From the NCBI RefSeq assembly GCF_006345805.1, contig NC_043020.1:19654001-19718000 (forward strand): DNA of 64,000 bases. The letters run 5' to 3'. A program made the position numbers and the translations under genes. Origin of the DNA: Octopus sinensis. Lineage: Eukaryota. Shown piece by piece: positions 14,001 through 27,165 of this stretch. Every line of letters begins with the position of its first letter. The first letter of the stretch is position 1. The notes beneath the pieces were generated by a model. The model was not told where the DNA came from. It did no database searches and worked only from the letters and a program-made list of their open reading frames with translations.

Positions 14001-14526
14001 TAAATAAAATGTCACTTGAGCCCCAATAGAATAGCCATGGTCTTGTTGTTTAATCCCTGGTTGGCTGTAACTGAGCAGACCTTATGATAAAAAAATTCCA
14101 GTCTTGATTGTCCTATTTTTTCAGTCATAGTGTATCTTAGACAACAAGATGCAATGTCTCCATCCCTTTTGAAAGCAGTAAGGTACAATCAGCACTAGTA
14201 TATTACTGGTATTGATATTAAAAACTCTGAATGATGAAAGCCAAAAATCTAGCAACAGAGGAGCCTTTATGTGTTTGCATGACATTTCAGAAATAGCAGT
14301 CAAATTGCCCTCAAACCACAATCAATTATATTCAAAAGCAAAATCCCATTAACTAATTTATTCTGGGATACACTATGCCAGTGAAAAAAAAAAACCCAGA
14401 ATGATTATAGAAAAAATGTTTTTGATCCTAAGTCTGCTGTATTATGACTGACCCTAGGTTAAACCATAACAAAAACAACACTCTCCCCAACTGTCTTGGA
14501 ATAATCGGTAAAGTATAGGCACTTAC

Positions 14527-14664
14527 GTTTGCAGGATTTGATCAGAGTTTGCAGGTATTCTTTCTCCGATGCAGCAGCTTGGTGCAGCCATGCCAACATA
14601 TCTCCAACATAGCGCAGAGGATCATGGGAATGTAATTCAATAGGACGTGGAGTACCTCCAGGGC
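14527..14664 (-). CDS. COG6: COG6 exon 10
   Basis: ttcag|(G)[45 protein letters not shown]+C|gtaagt; 138 bp; contains the highly conserved [19 protein letters not shown] motif. Confidence 0.97.
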
Positions 14665-16105
14665 CTGAACAGAAATGCAGATACATTGAAACAAAGAAAA
14701 TATTTCCAAGTAAAATCTAACACTTATACATCATTTGAAAGACAAAAAAAACCCTTTACTTTTCATTTCCGTTAGGGCCCATTATGCCCTATAATAACAA
14801 CCAAAATTTTCAGAGCTGACAAAATATTAAAAAACAACACTAGTGATTAAAAACGCTTTGTACTGGAGTGTGTACCATAGAACTAGGGGTGGTCTCAAGC
14901 AATTTGGTATGAAAAGGCTTTGTGACTCTGTCAATTCACCAACCACACATGTAAATTGCTTTCAAATTTTGGCACTTGGTCAGCAATTTTGGGGGAGGAG
15001 GTAAGTCAATTACAGTGACCTCCAGTACTTAACTGGTACTTATTTTATTGACTCCAAAAAGATGAAAACCAAAGTTGACTTCGGTGGAATTTGAACTCAG
15101 AATACAAAGACAGATGAAATACTGCTAAGCATTCCACCCAGTGTGCTAATGATTCTGCCAGCTCACTACCTTAATCTCACATGTAAATCGATATCTTTTC
15201 TAAGTATCTCAGAGCTCACAATGACTTTTACACCAACCACTAATGGAGAGGAGGAGAGAGAGAGAGTTGTTTCGTAGCAAATGACACAATTGTCTGGTCT
15301 TGTCTGGTCAGGTCTGTTATATCACTGTCTAACAAAATTCTCCTATACTCCTATGTAAGGTGACATCGGTGTATGTCAGGTGGTCGCAGTGTTCAAAAGG
15401 GGAGCTTCTACATGGCTACAGAGTTGCTTGACCAGCTAAATCTCATTCTTTAAAAAAGTCATAATTGATAATGTAGTCCTCCATATACTATATCTTAAAA
15501 TAGATGAGATGGTCACAGCTTAAATACCTCATGCAACACTGAGTAACAAAATTTTTATTATTTTTTTTGTCTTTGGTTAGTAAGTGTTATTTCCAATTTG
15601 CTTCTTTCTAGAAATCAGAGGAAATGACTACCATTCCCTTCAAACTTTGCTTTCATGACTTGGACATCAATGTTTTGAAACTGACCTATTTTCCATTACA
15701 TTTCAGACAGATTCAGTGGAGTTGCTGAAGCAAATATTCTGCTCCATACCACAGATTTGCTTGTCAGTTGCATGACCTTAACTACTTGAGCATGTTCCTT
15801 AGTGGCTGTCAGTATATGCATCTCTGATCATGAGCAGGAGTAGTTGGAGAGCATCATAACCATGTGTTGAGAAGGATTCTTTGGGGTTTGGATAAATTTA
15901 AGAAAAGCCAAGTCTGAAGGAAATATTAGCCATTTCACATACTTTCAAGAAATAAATAAATAGGAAATGACAGTTGCTACCCAGGGACAAAAATTTTGTT
16001 ATACAGTGTAATCAACTGACCTGAGGTTGAATAAGATAAATTGATAAAGGTGCTCTCAGAGGGAATTTACTGAGAAAACATTTGAAAACAACAAACCAAA
16101 CTGAC

Positions 16106-16182
16106 CTCCTCGGGTCAAAGCATCAATTAAACCACGGACAATAGCTGTGCGCCGAGCAGTACCATATTCATCCAGGGAGTAA
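16106..16182 (-). CDS. COG6: COG6 exon 9
   Basis: ttgcag|(N)[25 protein letters not shown]+G|gtcagt; 77 bp. Confidence 0.94.
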
Positions 16183-17487
16183 CTGCAAAGGAAAATATAT
16201 TGTTACATCAGATAGCATGTCACAACAACTGTACAAAGACAGGGTAATATTAGATGTAACAGTAACAACTACAGATATATGACAATAGTGATGCATGTAA
16301 CAGTAATAACTGTTCAGAACACAGGACATTGCACGACAGCAGTGACTACAGGTACACAGTGGCAGAGAAATAGTCCAGCAGAAACTGTGCGGATGTAATA
16401 ACTGTTAAGAACCTAGTATTCTAGATGGCTTAGTGGCGAGGGAGTGACACTTGTGATCACAAGTTCATGAGTTCTATTTCCTGACCAGTTATGGGTTGTG
16501 CTCCTGACTATAAAACACATAATTTCATGTTGCTTCTGCCCACTCATTTGTAAATGGGTAATCTTGTGACAGATTGGCACTACAAGGATGAGAATGGAGG
16601 TCATGTGAGCCGCATTTGGTATTTAGTGGTTGGAAAGATGAATAACACAACCTATACAGTGAATCGCGACTGGTAGAAATTGGTTGTTCAACCACATCGT
16701 AGGATGAATGAAAAAAGTTGAAGAGTTTGTGAACCAACAGAAATGGATACCTCTTTTCCCCCTCGCCAGCATGAAATATTCCACATTTAATGTGATTCAA
16801 CAAGTCTATGTGTAACCAATGGACAGTTATCCGAGAACTTATTAAAGAGAATGTATAATGTGACTAGCAAAATAGCCAATTGGAAAATTCTTAGTAAGAG
16901 ATGAGAGTAGTTTCTAAACTGACAAGTAAAGTTAATCACCTCATCAATATGGTTGTTCGATGTCACTACCATTTTAACCCCAGGCAGATATTCTGCCAGC
17001 TGATTATAGGTGTAGCCTATATCCTGTATATATTGCAAGCAGGAGAGCAAACCCCTACTATCTTCCAGCAGGCAAAGGTATCGTGAGACTGACCCACACT
17101 GAAACTGAGTTAGTCTCATGATCCCATTGTCTGCTGGAGGATAATAGGGGTTCGCTTCCCTGCTTGCAATATATATAGGGTGCAGTCTGCGCCTGTAACC
17201 AGCTAGCGGAAGTTCTGCCAGGGGCTAAAATGATATGACTTTTCTGTTTTTTTCTCAATGGGAGGTCTGACTCAGGCCTTGTATCTCATATTTGTGCTTA
17301 TTTTTATAACTATTTTTTCACTGACCTAGTCTTTTTTCTCATTTTTGTCTAATGGAATTATTCTCCTGCTACCAACTATAACCATGATATCAAGCAGACT
17401 TATTTGTTTCTCTAGTGATTTATTCAATTCTATCTGTCTGGTATCTGCAGGGTTACAAAAATAAACTAGATATCAGTTTGTACTTAC

Positions 17488-17581
17488 TTAAGCAACAATG
17501 GTCGGTCTTGAAGAGCTTCCATGGCAGAGCAGAGGAGAGGGAAAATGTCAGGAGAATCTCCAGTGAGTGCCCGACATTCAT
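17488..17581 (-). CDS. COG6: COG6 exon 8
   Basis: ttccag|(N)ECRALTGDSPDIFPLLCSAMEALQDRPLLL+AA|gtaagt; 94 bp. Confidence 0.95.
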
Positions 17582-18253
17582 CTGGAATTAAACCAACTCA
17601 TTTATTTATATATATATATATTCATATTTAAATGCTAGTGCTTGAAAATAAATACATACACACATAAATACACATACACACACACAGATATATACGTACA
17701 CACATATACATATATACGTATACACACACACGGACATACACACACATGCATATATGTGATTATATAAACATATATACTGAAGAAACATACATTTAGGTGT
17801 GCATGTATTCATGCATGTATATATCATTATCATCATTATCATTTAACATCCATTTTCCATGATGGCATGGGTTGGATGGTTAGACAGAAGCTGGCAAGGT
17901 GATGAGTCGCATAGACAGTTTGGCTTAACATCACCTGATAGCTGGAAATGAATGCCTCTCCCATTCAAGCTGTGTCCTTTACTCCTAAACTTCCATGAAA
18001 AATATGTCTGGCCAAATGGAAATATTACTTTACTTGGGAAACAGATGAGGGTTGTCACAGGAAAGGCATCCTGCTATAGAAAATCCTCCTCAACAGAATT
18101 CCATCTGACCCATATGAGCATTGAAAAGTGGACATTAAAACGATGACGATCTTTCTGAGATACACACACAAAACACACACACACACACACAAAACACACA
18201 CACACACTATCATACACATATATAAAAGACAACAGTGACTAAAGTGAACTTAC

Positions 18254-18324
18254 TCTGAGTCCAGCGGTAAAGTCGCTCGTAAGCTGATTCTTGCTGTAAT
18301 GCCATTGATTCCATGATTTCTAAT
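18254..18324 (-). CDS. COG6: COG6 exon 7
   Basis: atccag|(G)LEIMESMALQQESAYERLYRWTQ+A|gtaagt; 71 bp. Confidence 0.96.
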
Positions 18325-18586
18325 CTGGATAATATAATTAATCATGTTATTGTCTATACATGGTACTGGGCACCACACAGTAACACAGACAGTGTTATTG
18401 TACAGTACTGGCTGTGTCAGTATATAATTTATTACTATTAACTGAATGTTAATCATTATGTAGTCAACCAAGCAGACATGGAGTGGTACAGTCTGCCTAG
18501 CTGTAAACATGTACCACTGAACTTTGACTTCAGCTAGAAATTTATAACAAACATTCCATTCAATCAATTTCCTTTTCTACCTCATC

Positions 18587-18795
18587 TTCCTCAAATCACA
18601 CCTAATTATCTAGAAGTAGCTGCCAAATCTCCCTCAAATCATATCCTATCATCTAGAAATAATGACCAAATCTCCTTCAAATCACACAAAACAATTAAGA
18701 AACAGCAAACAAATCTCTATCATATCACATTCTACAATTTAGACATAGCAGCCAAACCTTCCTTAAATGAGAATTATTATTTAGAAATAGTAACA
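18587..18795. repeat. ~43-bp tandem array (about 5 diverged copies) in COG6 intron 6
   Basis: Unit TAGAAATAGCAGCCAAATCTCCCTCAAATCACA-like; single copies of the motif also at ~45230-45290 and ~63750. Confidence 0.7.
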
Positions 18796-18827
18796 CAATC
18801 TGTTGAAAAGAAATGCTACATCTTTAC

Positions 18828-18910
18828 CCTGCAGTCTGTTGGTTGGTTCGCAGTAATACTTTACAGTCGTTGTGGATCTGTTTCACTCTGGACAACACTT
18901 TAAAGAAGTC
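18828..18910 (-). CDS. COG6: COG6 exon 6
   Basis: tttcag|[27 protein letters not shown]+GG|gtaaag; 83 bp. Confidence 0.96.
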
Positions 18911-19519
18911 CTGAAATGATATTTTACAATGTTTTGAGTCAAATAACAACAGAAAAAACAAACATATATTCTGGAATATAAGATGACTCTCTAACCTTAA
19001 AAACATCCCCTTCCCTAATAAAATAAAGTATAAAATCTGCCCCTTAAACCTTGTGATGAACAGTAAGTTGTTAACTGGTTGGTTGGTTGGTTGCTTGGTT
19101 GGTTGGTTGGTGGGTGGGTGGGTGGTAGATTAACCTCTGCTTTGGTAAATTCTGATGCACCTTCTACACTCTGTCACCTTATACATTAATATGTACAGTA
19201 TGTATAAGGCAGCAAACTGGTAGAATTGTTAGCAAGCCAGACAAGAAGCTTTGCAGCATTTCCTCCATCTCTACATTCTCAGTTCAAATTCTGCTGAGGT
19301 TGACTTTACCTTTCATCCTTTCAGAATCGATAACATTAAGTACCAGTTGAGCACTCAGGTTGATTTAATCAACTTAGCTCCTCCCCTAAAACTATTGGCC
19401 TTGTACTAAAATTTGAAACCAATAAATACAGTATATAAGCATAACATAGTTAAAAAACAAAAAAACAACACCAACACATAAGAGGTACAGCAATATCAGA
19501 GGAATGTCAACAGGGGAAA

Positions 19520-20290
19520 TAGTTTTTGTGTGGAAGGTTCACAAGTACAATGAACACTAGAAATGTACTGAAAAGAGACTCTGTCAAATGCCAATGGGGA
19601 AAACTAGAAGTAGTTGATAGCTTCCATTACCTAGGTAACCAAGACAGTAGCAAAAGTGGACGCTCCAAGAGTACAGGTTCTGGGCAAAGTCAGAGAGCTC
19701 CTACTTCTGTTGGTAACAAAGGGCCTCTCCCTCAGAGTGAAGAGCAGATTGTACAATACCTGTGTGCAAACAGACATGCTACACAGCAATGAAACAAGAG
19801 CTGTGACCACCGAAGACATGTGAAGGCTTGAAAGAAATAAAGCTGGTATGCTTTGCCAGATGTGCAATGTCAGCGTGCATGTACGACACAGTGTAAGCAT
19901 CTTGAGAGAAAAATCTGGCAGAAGACTGTGCTGGTATGGTCATGTAATGTGTATGGACAAGGGCAACTGTGTGAAGAAATGCCAGTCTCTAGCTGTGGAG
20001 GGAACCTGTGGAAGAGGTAGAACCAAGAAGACATGAAGGCAATGACCAGTGATTGAGACCTGTCATACCAAGTGAGATTGTAGTCATGGCTGATGCCAGT
20101 GGTTTGTAACTGCTACGTAAAAAGTACCCACTACACTCTTGGAGTGGCTGGCATTAGGTAGGGCATCCAGCTGGGGAAACCATGTCAAATCAGAGTGAAA
20201 TCTGGTGCAGCTCCCCAGCTTGCCAGTTTTTCAGTCAACTGTCCAACTCATGCCAGCATGGAAAACAGACATTAATGATGATGATGATTC
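19520..20290 (+). mobile_element. RTE-clade LINE 3' part with 3'UTR and (GAT)n tail
   Basis: LEVVDSFHYLG; RLCWYGHVM..GRGRTKKT; then the family 3'UTR ending AAACAGACATTAATGATGATG. Confidence 0.8.
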
Positions 20291-21759
20291 ACTTTGAATT
20301 TCACTAATTTTGAATCACCATGATAATATGTTTGCATATTTTTGGAAATATTAATTCCAGTGATATTTTGTGTGTGTGTGTGTGAATACAATAGAAACAA
20401 TTGTCGGCTTTTAAGGTGAATTCTACAATAGAGATGTACTTTTCTCTATACATATTTTTTGTTGTCAAATACACTGGGTTTCTTGAAATTCGTCAAATGA
20501 TATTTGGATCTGCTTGTGATACATGAAGATTTATCTTGGATGTGTATTCGACTTACAGTTATTGGTGTCTGATCATTGGATATTGTTAATCAAATTCATT
20601 TAAACTGAGTGCTTTATTTATATCTGACTGGATTTCTTAATCTCTTTTTCTTCAATGTATGTGTATATATATATACATAAGCTTTTTCTGTTTCCATCTA
20701 CCAAATCCACTCACAAAGATTTGGTTGGCCTGAGGCTACAGGAAAAAGCACTTGTCCAAGGTGCCATGCAGTGGGACTGGACCCAGAACCATGTGGTTAG
20801 GAAAGAAACTTCTTACCACGCAGCCATGCTTCACCTATAATGTATATTAAATTACTGTTTATTTCAGAGAGCAGCTTGATATTTGTAATCTAGAAATTTC
20901 CATTTGCAGGAAGAGGTACCCTGCTAACACAGGTAACAGCTCTTTGAATCTGCTGACAATAATATAAAGAGGTGTATAATAAGAGACTTGGTAGACCAGC
21001 AAATAGAATATCTTCAAGGTATTTGATATGGTTCTCTGTGAGTTCAAAATAGCCTTTCATCATTTCAATATCAGGAAATAAAATACAAATATGGAAATAC
21101 AGGGTGGTGGATAGGTAGAATGTTTGGGAGTTCATTTGAATTCCCTGCACTCTTTGCAGTTTGACAACAATGCCTGTAATAGCACTGGTACCAAGCAGTA
21201 TCAATTCTTGTCCTTTCCCTTGGAAAACATCAATGGTGTGGATAGAGAAGGCTTATATAAATGGGCAATGCTAACCTTCTGTTAAAAAATAAACCTGTTG
21301 AGAGCTGCACCATGGACAGGTAATTTTCAGGTAGAGTTCCATGATCTCACAATAAATACAGAGGCTCCACATAAATACTTTACAATACAACCAAGTTAAA
21401 AATTTGGGATCAAAATTGATTCACAGAATCTGCATTTTTAAAAAGGAAGTAAAAAAAATCTGAAAATCAGTTATATTGATTTAGTTTTCCACTCTTATTG
21501 CTGTGAATCCATGATCTTGTGGAAAAAAAAATTTGAGGGAAAAGTTACAGAGGTTTAAAAATCGAAAACAACTGTGTATTTTTAATGAAACACCAGTGTC
21601 AACTTTAAGGTTGTACTCTGTGAAATTTATAGTTTAGCGTCTGTGAAATAACCTGATTCTTGTGTTTACTTTATGCGTATTTCAGTATTATGTATACCTG
21701 TCATGTCCATCATTAATATATAAGTGCACGTGGATGTATGTATTCATATATAAGTTTAT

Positions 21760-22190
21760 ATGTACATGTGAATCGATTTAACTAGATCCCACACACAAAA
21801 CACATACACACACAACATACATACATGCACACACATATACACACAGACACACACATGAATGCACATACATACATGCACACACATACACACATGCACACAC
21901 ACACATGAACACACATATATACCCCCCACACACACACAACATACACACACACAACATACTTACACACACAACATACATACATACACACACATACATGTAC
22001 ACACACACATATACACACATGAATACACATATACCCATACACACACAACACACATACATGCACACAGATACACACACATACACATATGGACACACACACA
22101 TCCACACATCCATGCACACATACATACACACACATGCATGCACAACACATGTGCAGCACAGATGCAGGTGAAGTGAAGCACAACACAACA
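21760..22190. repeat. Compound (CA)n/(TACA)n microsatellite
   Basis: Direct reading; source of several spurious ORFs. Confidence 0.95.
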
Positions 22191-22475
22191 TGCAGTTGTC
22201 ATGGTAACAAGCTGCTAATGCCATACTGTCTGTTGATTGGCTAAAATTACCCAAATTTCCCAACTTTAATTCCAAATAACATCAGATTCTTTAATCTACG
22301 AGACAAAGTAATTGGTTGATCATAATCAAAATTCAGAGTTGCATCAATACACCAAAATTGAAAGCAATCTGAGCAAAATTAAAGGGGGCTGATTTTGTGA
22401 AGCAATTTAACTAGATCCCAACTTCGTCCTTGAACAGAAAGAGTAAAAACAACAACAATGGAAAGTAGTAATTAC

Positions 22476-22587
22476 CTTGTGTAGACCAGTGGTTTTAGAA
22501 CCACGCAGAACTTTACATTCTTCAGGTTTCAGCTGGAATTTATCCAAGAAGGCGTCAGCGACTTGTGCTTTCATCTGTAATTTCTGA
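22476..22587 (-). CDS. COG6: COG6 exon 5
   Basis: tctag|(S)QKLQMKAQVADAFLDKFQLKPEECKVLRGSKTTGLHK|gtaatt; 112 bp. Confidence 0.95.
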
Positions 22588-22875
22588 CTAGATTGGCAAG
22601 AAACCAAAAATAGTAATTGAAAAGGTTTCAATACAATTTCAAACGGAAACTGACCCAATTTTTCAACCTCATATAATCCCTTCACAAGGCTTTAGTCAGG
22701 TACACTTTCCCAAAGTACCATGCAGTGGGATTGAACCCAGAACCATGTGATTGGGAAGCAGACCTTCTCTTACCACATAGCCATGCATGTATGTGTGTGT
22801 ATATGTGTGTGTGTGTGTGCGTATATACCTACATATTATATACACTTACACACACACACACACATATAGATATGC

Positions 22876-22909
<34 letters not shown>

Positions 22910-23764
22910 CATACACAAGTATATATTCATATATAACATATATAATATACATCCATATATATATATACATACATACACAAGTATATATTCATATATAACA
23001 TATATAATATACATCCATATATATATATGAAAAGGATGTGTTATAATACTATTCTACATATACAAAAAACAGTCATACCTCCAATCCAACATACCTCCAT
23101 CATGAGCTGCCCCATGGATATCATTATGGTTTTAACACCTAGGCTGTACCATTCAATCTGGCGGTGTCAACAACACTAAAATAAGTGTTGTTTGGGAACA
23201 AACATACCAAAGAAATCACAACTTTTAAACACCTTTACCCTATGTACAATCGTATCGGTAAATAAATTCAACAAGTAAATCAATAACCAACTCCTAAATA
23301 TGTAACTAAACAGCGACCAAACCTTTAAGTCATACAAAAATTATTCCCTACCATCTTCCATGGTGAAAGCTTAATAACCACAGTCATTCAATCTAAATAT
23401 AGGCAAGATTAAGCACTAACTTTAAAATTAAAATACAATGAAGAAACACATAAATCTATGTACATCTATATCGGTATTAATAGTAAACCTACAATAACTA
23501 AATTATGTACTAAATAGTGACCAATCTTTAAGTCCATAAAAATAATAATCCCACCAGTCTTCCATAGTTACTACTATAATAAAAAAATGAAAGCTTTATA
23601 TCCTGTTCTCTCCAAAAGATACAATTGAATATAATTTAATGAATAATATAATAATTATGAGTGAAATACATTATTTCATTATTCAAAAGTTGATAATAAA
23701 AATACTACAATCTCATTAATATATATTACCCTCACTAGATTATGTATATATATACATACATACA

Positions 23765-24030
23765 TCTCTGTATATATAAAACTGAGAATGTGTCTGTCTG
23801 TCTGTTTCCCTAAAACTTGAGAACTACACAACCAATTTCATTCAAATTTTACACCTGCCTTACTTAGGGTCCATGTAGTTTCATGGGCAAAAAAAATGTT
23901 CAACTTCTTGCCTAGGGTGAGCCCATAGCAATATCATATCTTCTCCACTATTTCAGTATTACGTGTTAAAAGTGAAACAAAAACATTTCTCTATTTTATG
24001 TCAGATACTTTCACTTTAACAATAAAAATT
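23765..24030 (+). mobile_element. Non-autonomous Helitron/DINE-like element
   Basis: 5' TC..TATATATAAAA followed by (GTCT)n, the layout typical of Lep1/DINE-type elements; 3' end not resolved. Confidence 0.4.
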
Positions 24031-24387
24031 AGAGATAATAATAACAATTGAATTATAAGTAATATAATAATAAGTAAGTAATAATTAAAATCAAACTAAA
24101 GTATAATATAATCGTAACCTAACAAAAGTAAAAATAGCAATTGGTATAAAATTGCATCAATGACTTGAACTTGAATAAGTGGTTTCACATGAATGGGAAT
24201 AAATTAAAAATAAAATTAGCATGCAGAAATGGAATAGTCCTACAATTCCAGTGTTATATATTTTCAGTATTGTTATCACTAGCGATATCAAGATATAACT
24301 TTGTATTTTGTATTTTATATGTAGATGTATATATATATATATAGATGTACACGTAATATGTACACATATATACATGCACTAGCACTA

Positions 24388-25370
24388 TGTTATTTGTCCA
24401 GTACTCTATTTTTTTGTTGTTTAAGAAAAATGTCCAGTTCCTTGGTTTTGTGTTTATGTTTTTGTTTCTCATTGTGTTAGACGTTTTTTTGGTGTCCTGT
24501 ACCCATATATGCATGTATATATACATGTAGAGGTAGGTACATACATATATGTATGTATATATGCATATGTTTTATTTATTAATTTATTATATGACGGAAC
24601 GCACGCATCCATTTCTAAGTAAGATTGTTCTTGATATTAATAATGATGCGCACTCTTGACCTTTCTGTCCCCTCCCTTTCTCAGCCTTCATTCCTTCTGG
24701 TTTCCTTTTCTTCTACCTGACTGTCTCTCCCTCTCTCTCATTCTTCATTCTTTCTGGTTTCCTCACAACCATTCCCTTTTTTTCACTCCCTTTCTCTTGC
24801 TCCTCCTCCTCCCTCCCGTCGTTGACCCACGACGAGAGCTCTGCTACTGTCTTTCTGGCCTGACTTGAAGTGTAGACGGCATTTTCTGTTGCTCCTTCGC
24901 CGTTCTTCAAAATAGCGTTCGTAATACTTTTTCTCGTTCGGCGTCAACAGCCCTTCTTGTCTTGTTATTCTGCTTGTCCTGTCTTTTACTGTTTATATTT
25001 TGTACTGTCGTTACTGTCCTGTTTTTGTTACCATTTTTACCCCTCCGCAAAAAGATCTCAAATTTTATTTAATTTGCTTTTCGTGGGAAGAAAAGTTTCT
25101 ATTGAAGATGCGTATCGCCTTCACCTTCGAAACGCAGAGTAGATGAAACCATGGTGACTGAAGGAGGGGAATTTTCCTTGTGTTATTTGTCCTGTACTCT
25201 ATTTTTTTGTTGTTTAAGAAAAATGTCCAGTTCCTTGGTTTTGTGTACATGTTTTCGTTTCTCATTGTGTTCGACGTTTTTTTGGTGTCCTGTACCCATA
25301 TATGTAGAGGTAAGTACATACATCTATGTATGTATATATGCATATGTTCTATTTATTAATTTATATATAT
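24388..25370 (+). repeat. Direct-repeat element (~190-bp repeats, 793-bp period), Penelope pLTR-like
   Basis: TGTTATTTGTCC..AAGAAAAATGTCCAGTTCCTTGG..GTACCCATATAT at 24388 and 25181, flanking a CpG- and pyrimidine-rich interior. Confidence 0.75.
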
Positions 25371-25585
25371 ATATATACACACACATACACACATTCTCTT
25401 TTATAAATACTCTTATTTCTCTTTTGATGCATAAATATAAAGGTTTTCATTACTATTGCTACATTATGCTACAAAATTTCATTATATCTTCAGTTTCGTT
25501 TCATATTTACAATTGTTTTTAGCACAGCAACTGAGCACACATTACTTCAAACCCAATACACACACACACAGAAGAGCATACTGAC

Positions 25586-25644
25586 CTTTCACCTTGCAGT
25601 CCTGTGGTTTGGTTCAAAAGGTCACGAGTTTGTTCTTTTGCAGT
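25586..25644 (-). CDS. COG6: COG6 exon 4
   Basis: Not in ORF track; ctccag|TAKEQTRDLLNQTTGLQGE+AG|gtcagt; 59 bp, ends phase 2. Confidence 0.92.
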
Positions 25645-26899
25645 CTGGAGTTGGATGGAAGGAAATATTAGAGTTAATTATTAAAATGGCAATTAGACTA
25701 TTTGACAATTTTGTTATTTACAAGTGAAAATGAATTATGCATCTATTCCAATGTCAGTCATTAATAATATATACATGTATCCTGGGTATATTTGTCCAGT
25801 AAGTTTTCACAAGTCGGAACAAAACAGGTACTCACACATTAGATAACAGAGTGGTCAAAATACTTATACGATATTATAAATTTATTCTAACAGCTAATTC
25901 ATGTTACTAGGCAGTTTCAGAACCTTCCAAGCAAAGAAAGATAAATTGACAATTATTGGAAATGGCTGAAAGGAAAAGTATAATTTAGGCTATTAATAAC
26001 CTGAACACTAAAAGCGAGCTGTTTTCCCCTTGTCCTCACGAACAGAAATCATCATCATCATCATCATCATCGTTTAACGTCCGTTAAACGATGATGATGA
26101 TATATATATATATATTGCCAACTGGTCAGTTCCACCCTAACAACAAAGTTTGCTCTTCCTCCATTTGCAGTCCTTTCCCCATAAATGAAGAGTTTATTTT
26201 CTTCACACATTGTACTTATACATAGTCATACATATACAACACCACACACACCAGTCGTACACAATGATGTCATTATCAAAATCCTAAAACAGCAAATTTA
26301 CAGAGAAGTAACTACCGCAGCATCAAATTGATGTATCAAGTTATGGATGTAACAACACAAAATCGGCCATCTTCCCATGCATCACTATATGCATAATTTT
26401 CTTTCTTGCACATCCCCTCAGTTCATTTGTGCTCTGCTATACACCCAAACTAAGATTACACACCTTCACTAGTCAGTGATATGTGTTTCTACAACAAACA
26501 TAACAGAAGCTAACTGTTGTTGCACTGTCATCAATGGAAACAAAAAGAAGCAGTCATATTAAACTTTGCCACTCATATACAAAACACTGAAGGGAAGTTG
26601 AAAAAAGTGGATCTTTTTTATGGGTCTTTATTGCTTGCAAAATGCTATAAAGAGGGCTCTAACAGCTAGAATTAACATTTTTTTTTTATTTAATCAACTT
26701 ACAGAAATAAATGTTAAAAATAATATCTCATAAATATAAAAAATATTTCTTGCACAAAATATTTTAGCAGAGAGCTCAATAAAAATGAAAAAAGTTTATA
26801 TTTACAATGATAATGTTTATTGCTGTGTTTGTACAGGAAACATAGAACTGTCTGGAGAAAATATTTGATGTGTGTGTATATGTATATATATAGGATGGT

Positions 26900-27165
26900 A
26901 TGGGTTGGACAGTTCAACCAGGGTCTGGGAAGCCAGGAGGCTGCACCAGGCTCCAGTATGATCTGGCAGTGTTTCTACAGCTGGATGCCCTTCCTAAAGC
27001 CAACCACTCCATGAGTGTAGCGGGTGCTTTTTATGTGCCAGGGGAGGCTGGCAATGGCCACAATCGGTTGGTGCTTTTAACATGCCACCAGCACGAAAGC
27101 CAGTCAAGGCGGCACTGGCATCGGCCACGTTTGGATGGTGTTTTTTATGTGCCACTGGCACAGGT
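26900..27165 (-). repeat. RTE 3'UTR-derived repeat (other copies ~1930-2065, 11180-11400, 13480-13700, 55020-55165)
   Basis: Shared motif GGAAGGGCATCCAGCTGTAGAAAC...AACCGTCCAACCCATG seen in the 3'UTR of 52510-53196. Confidence 0.7.
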
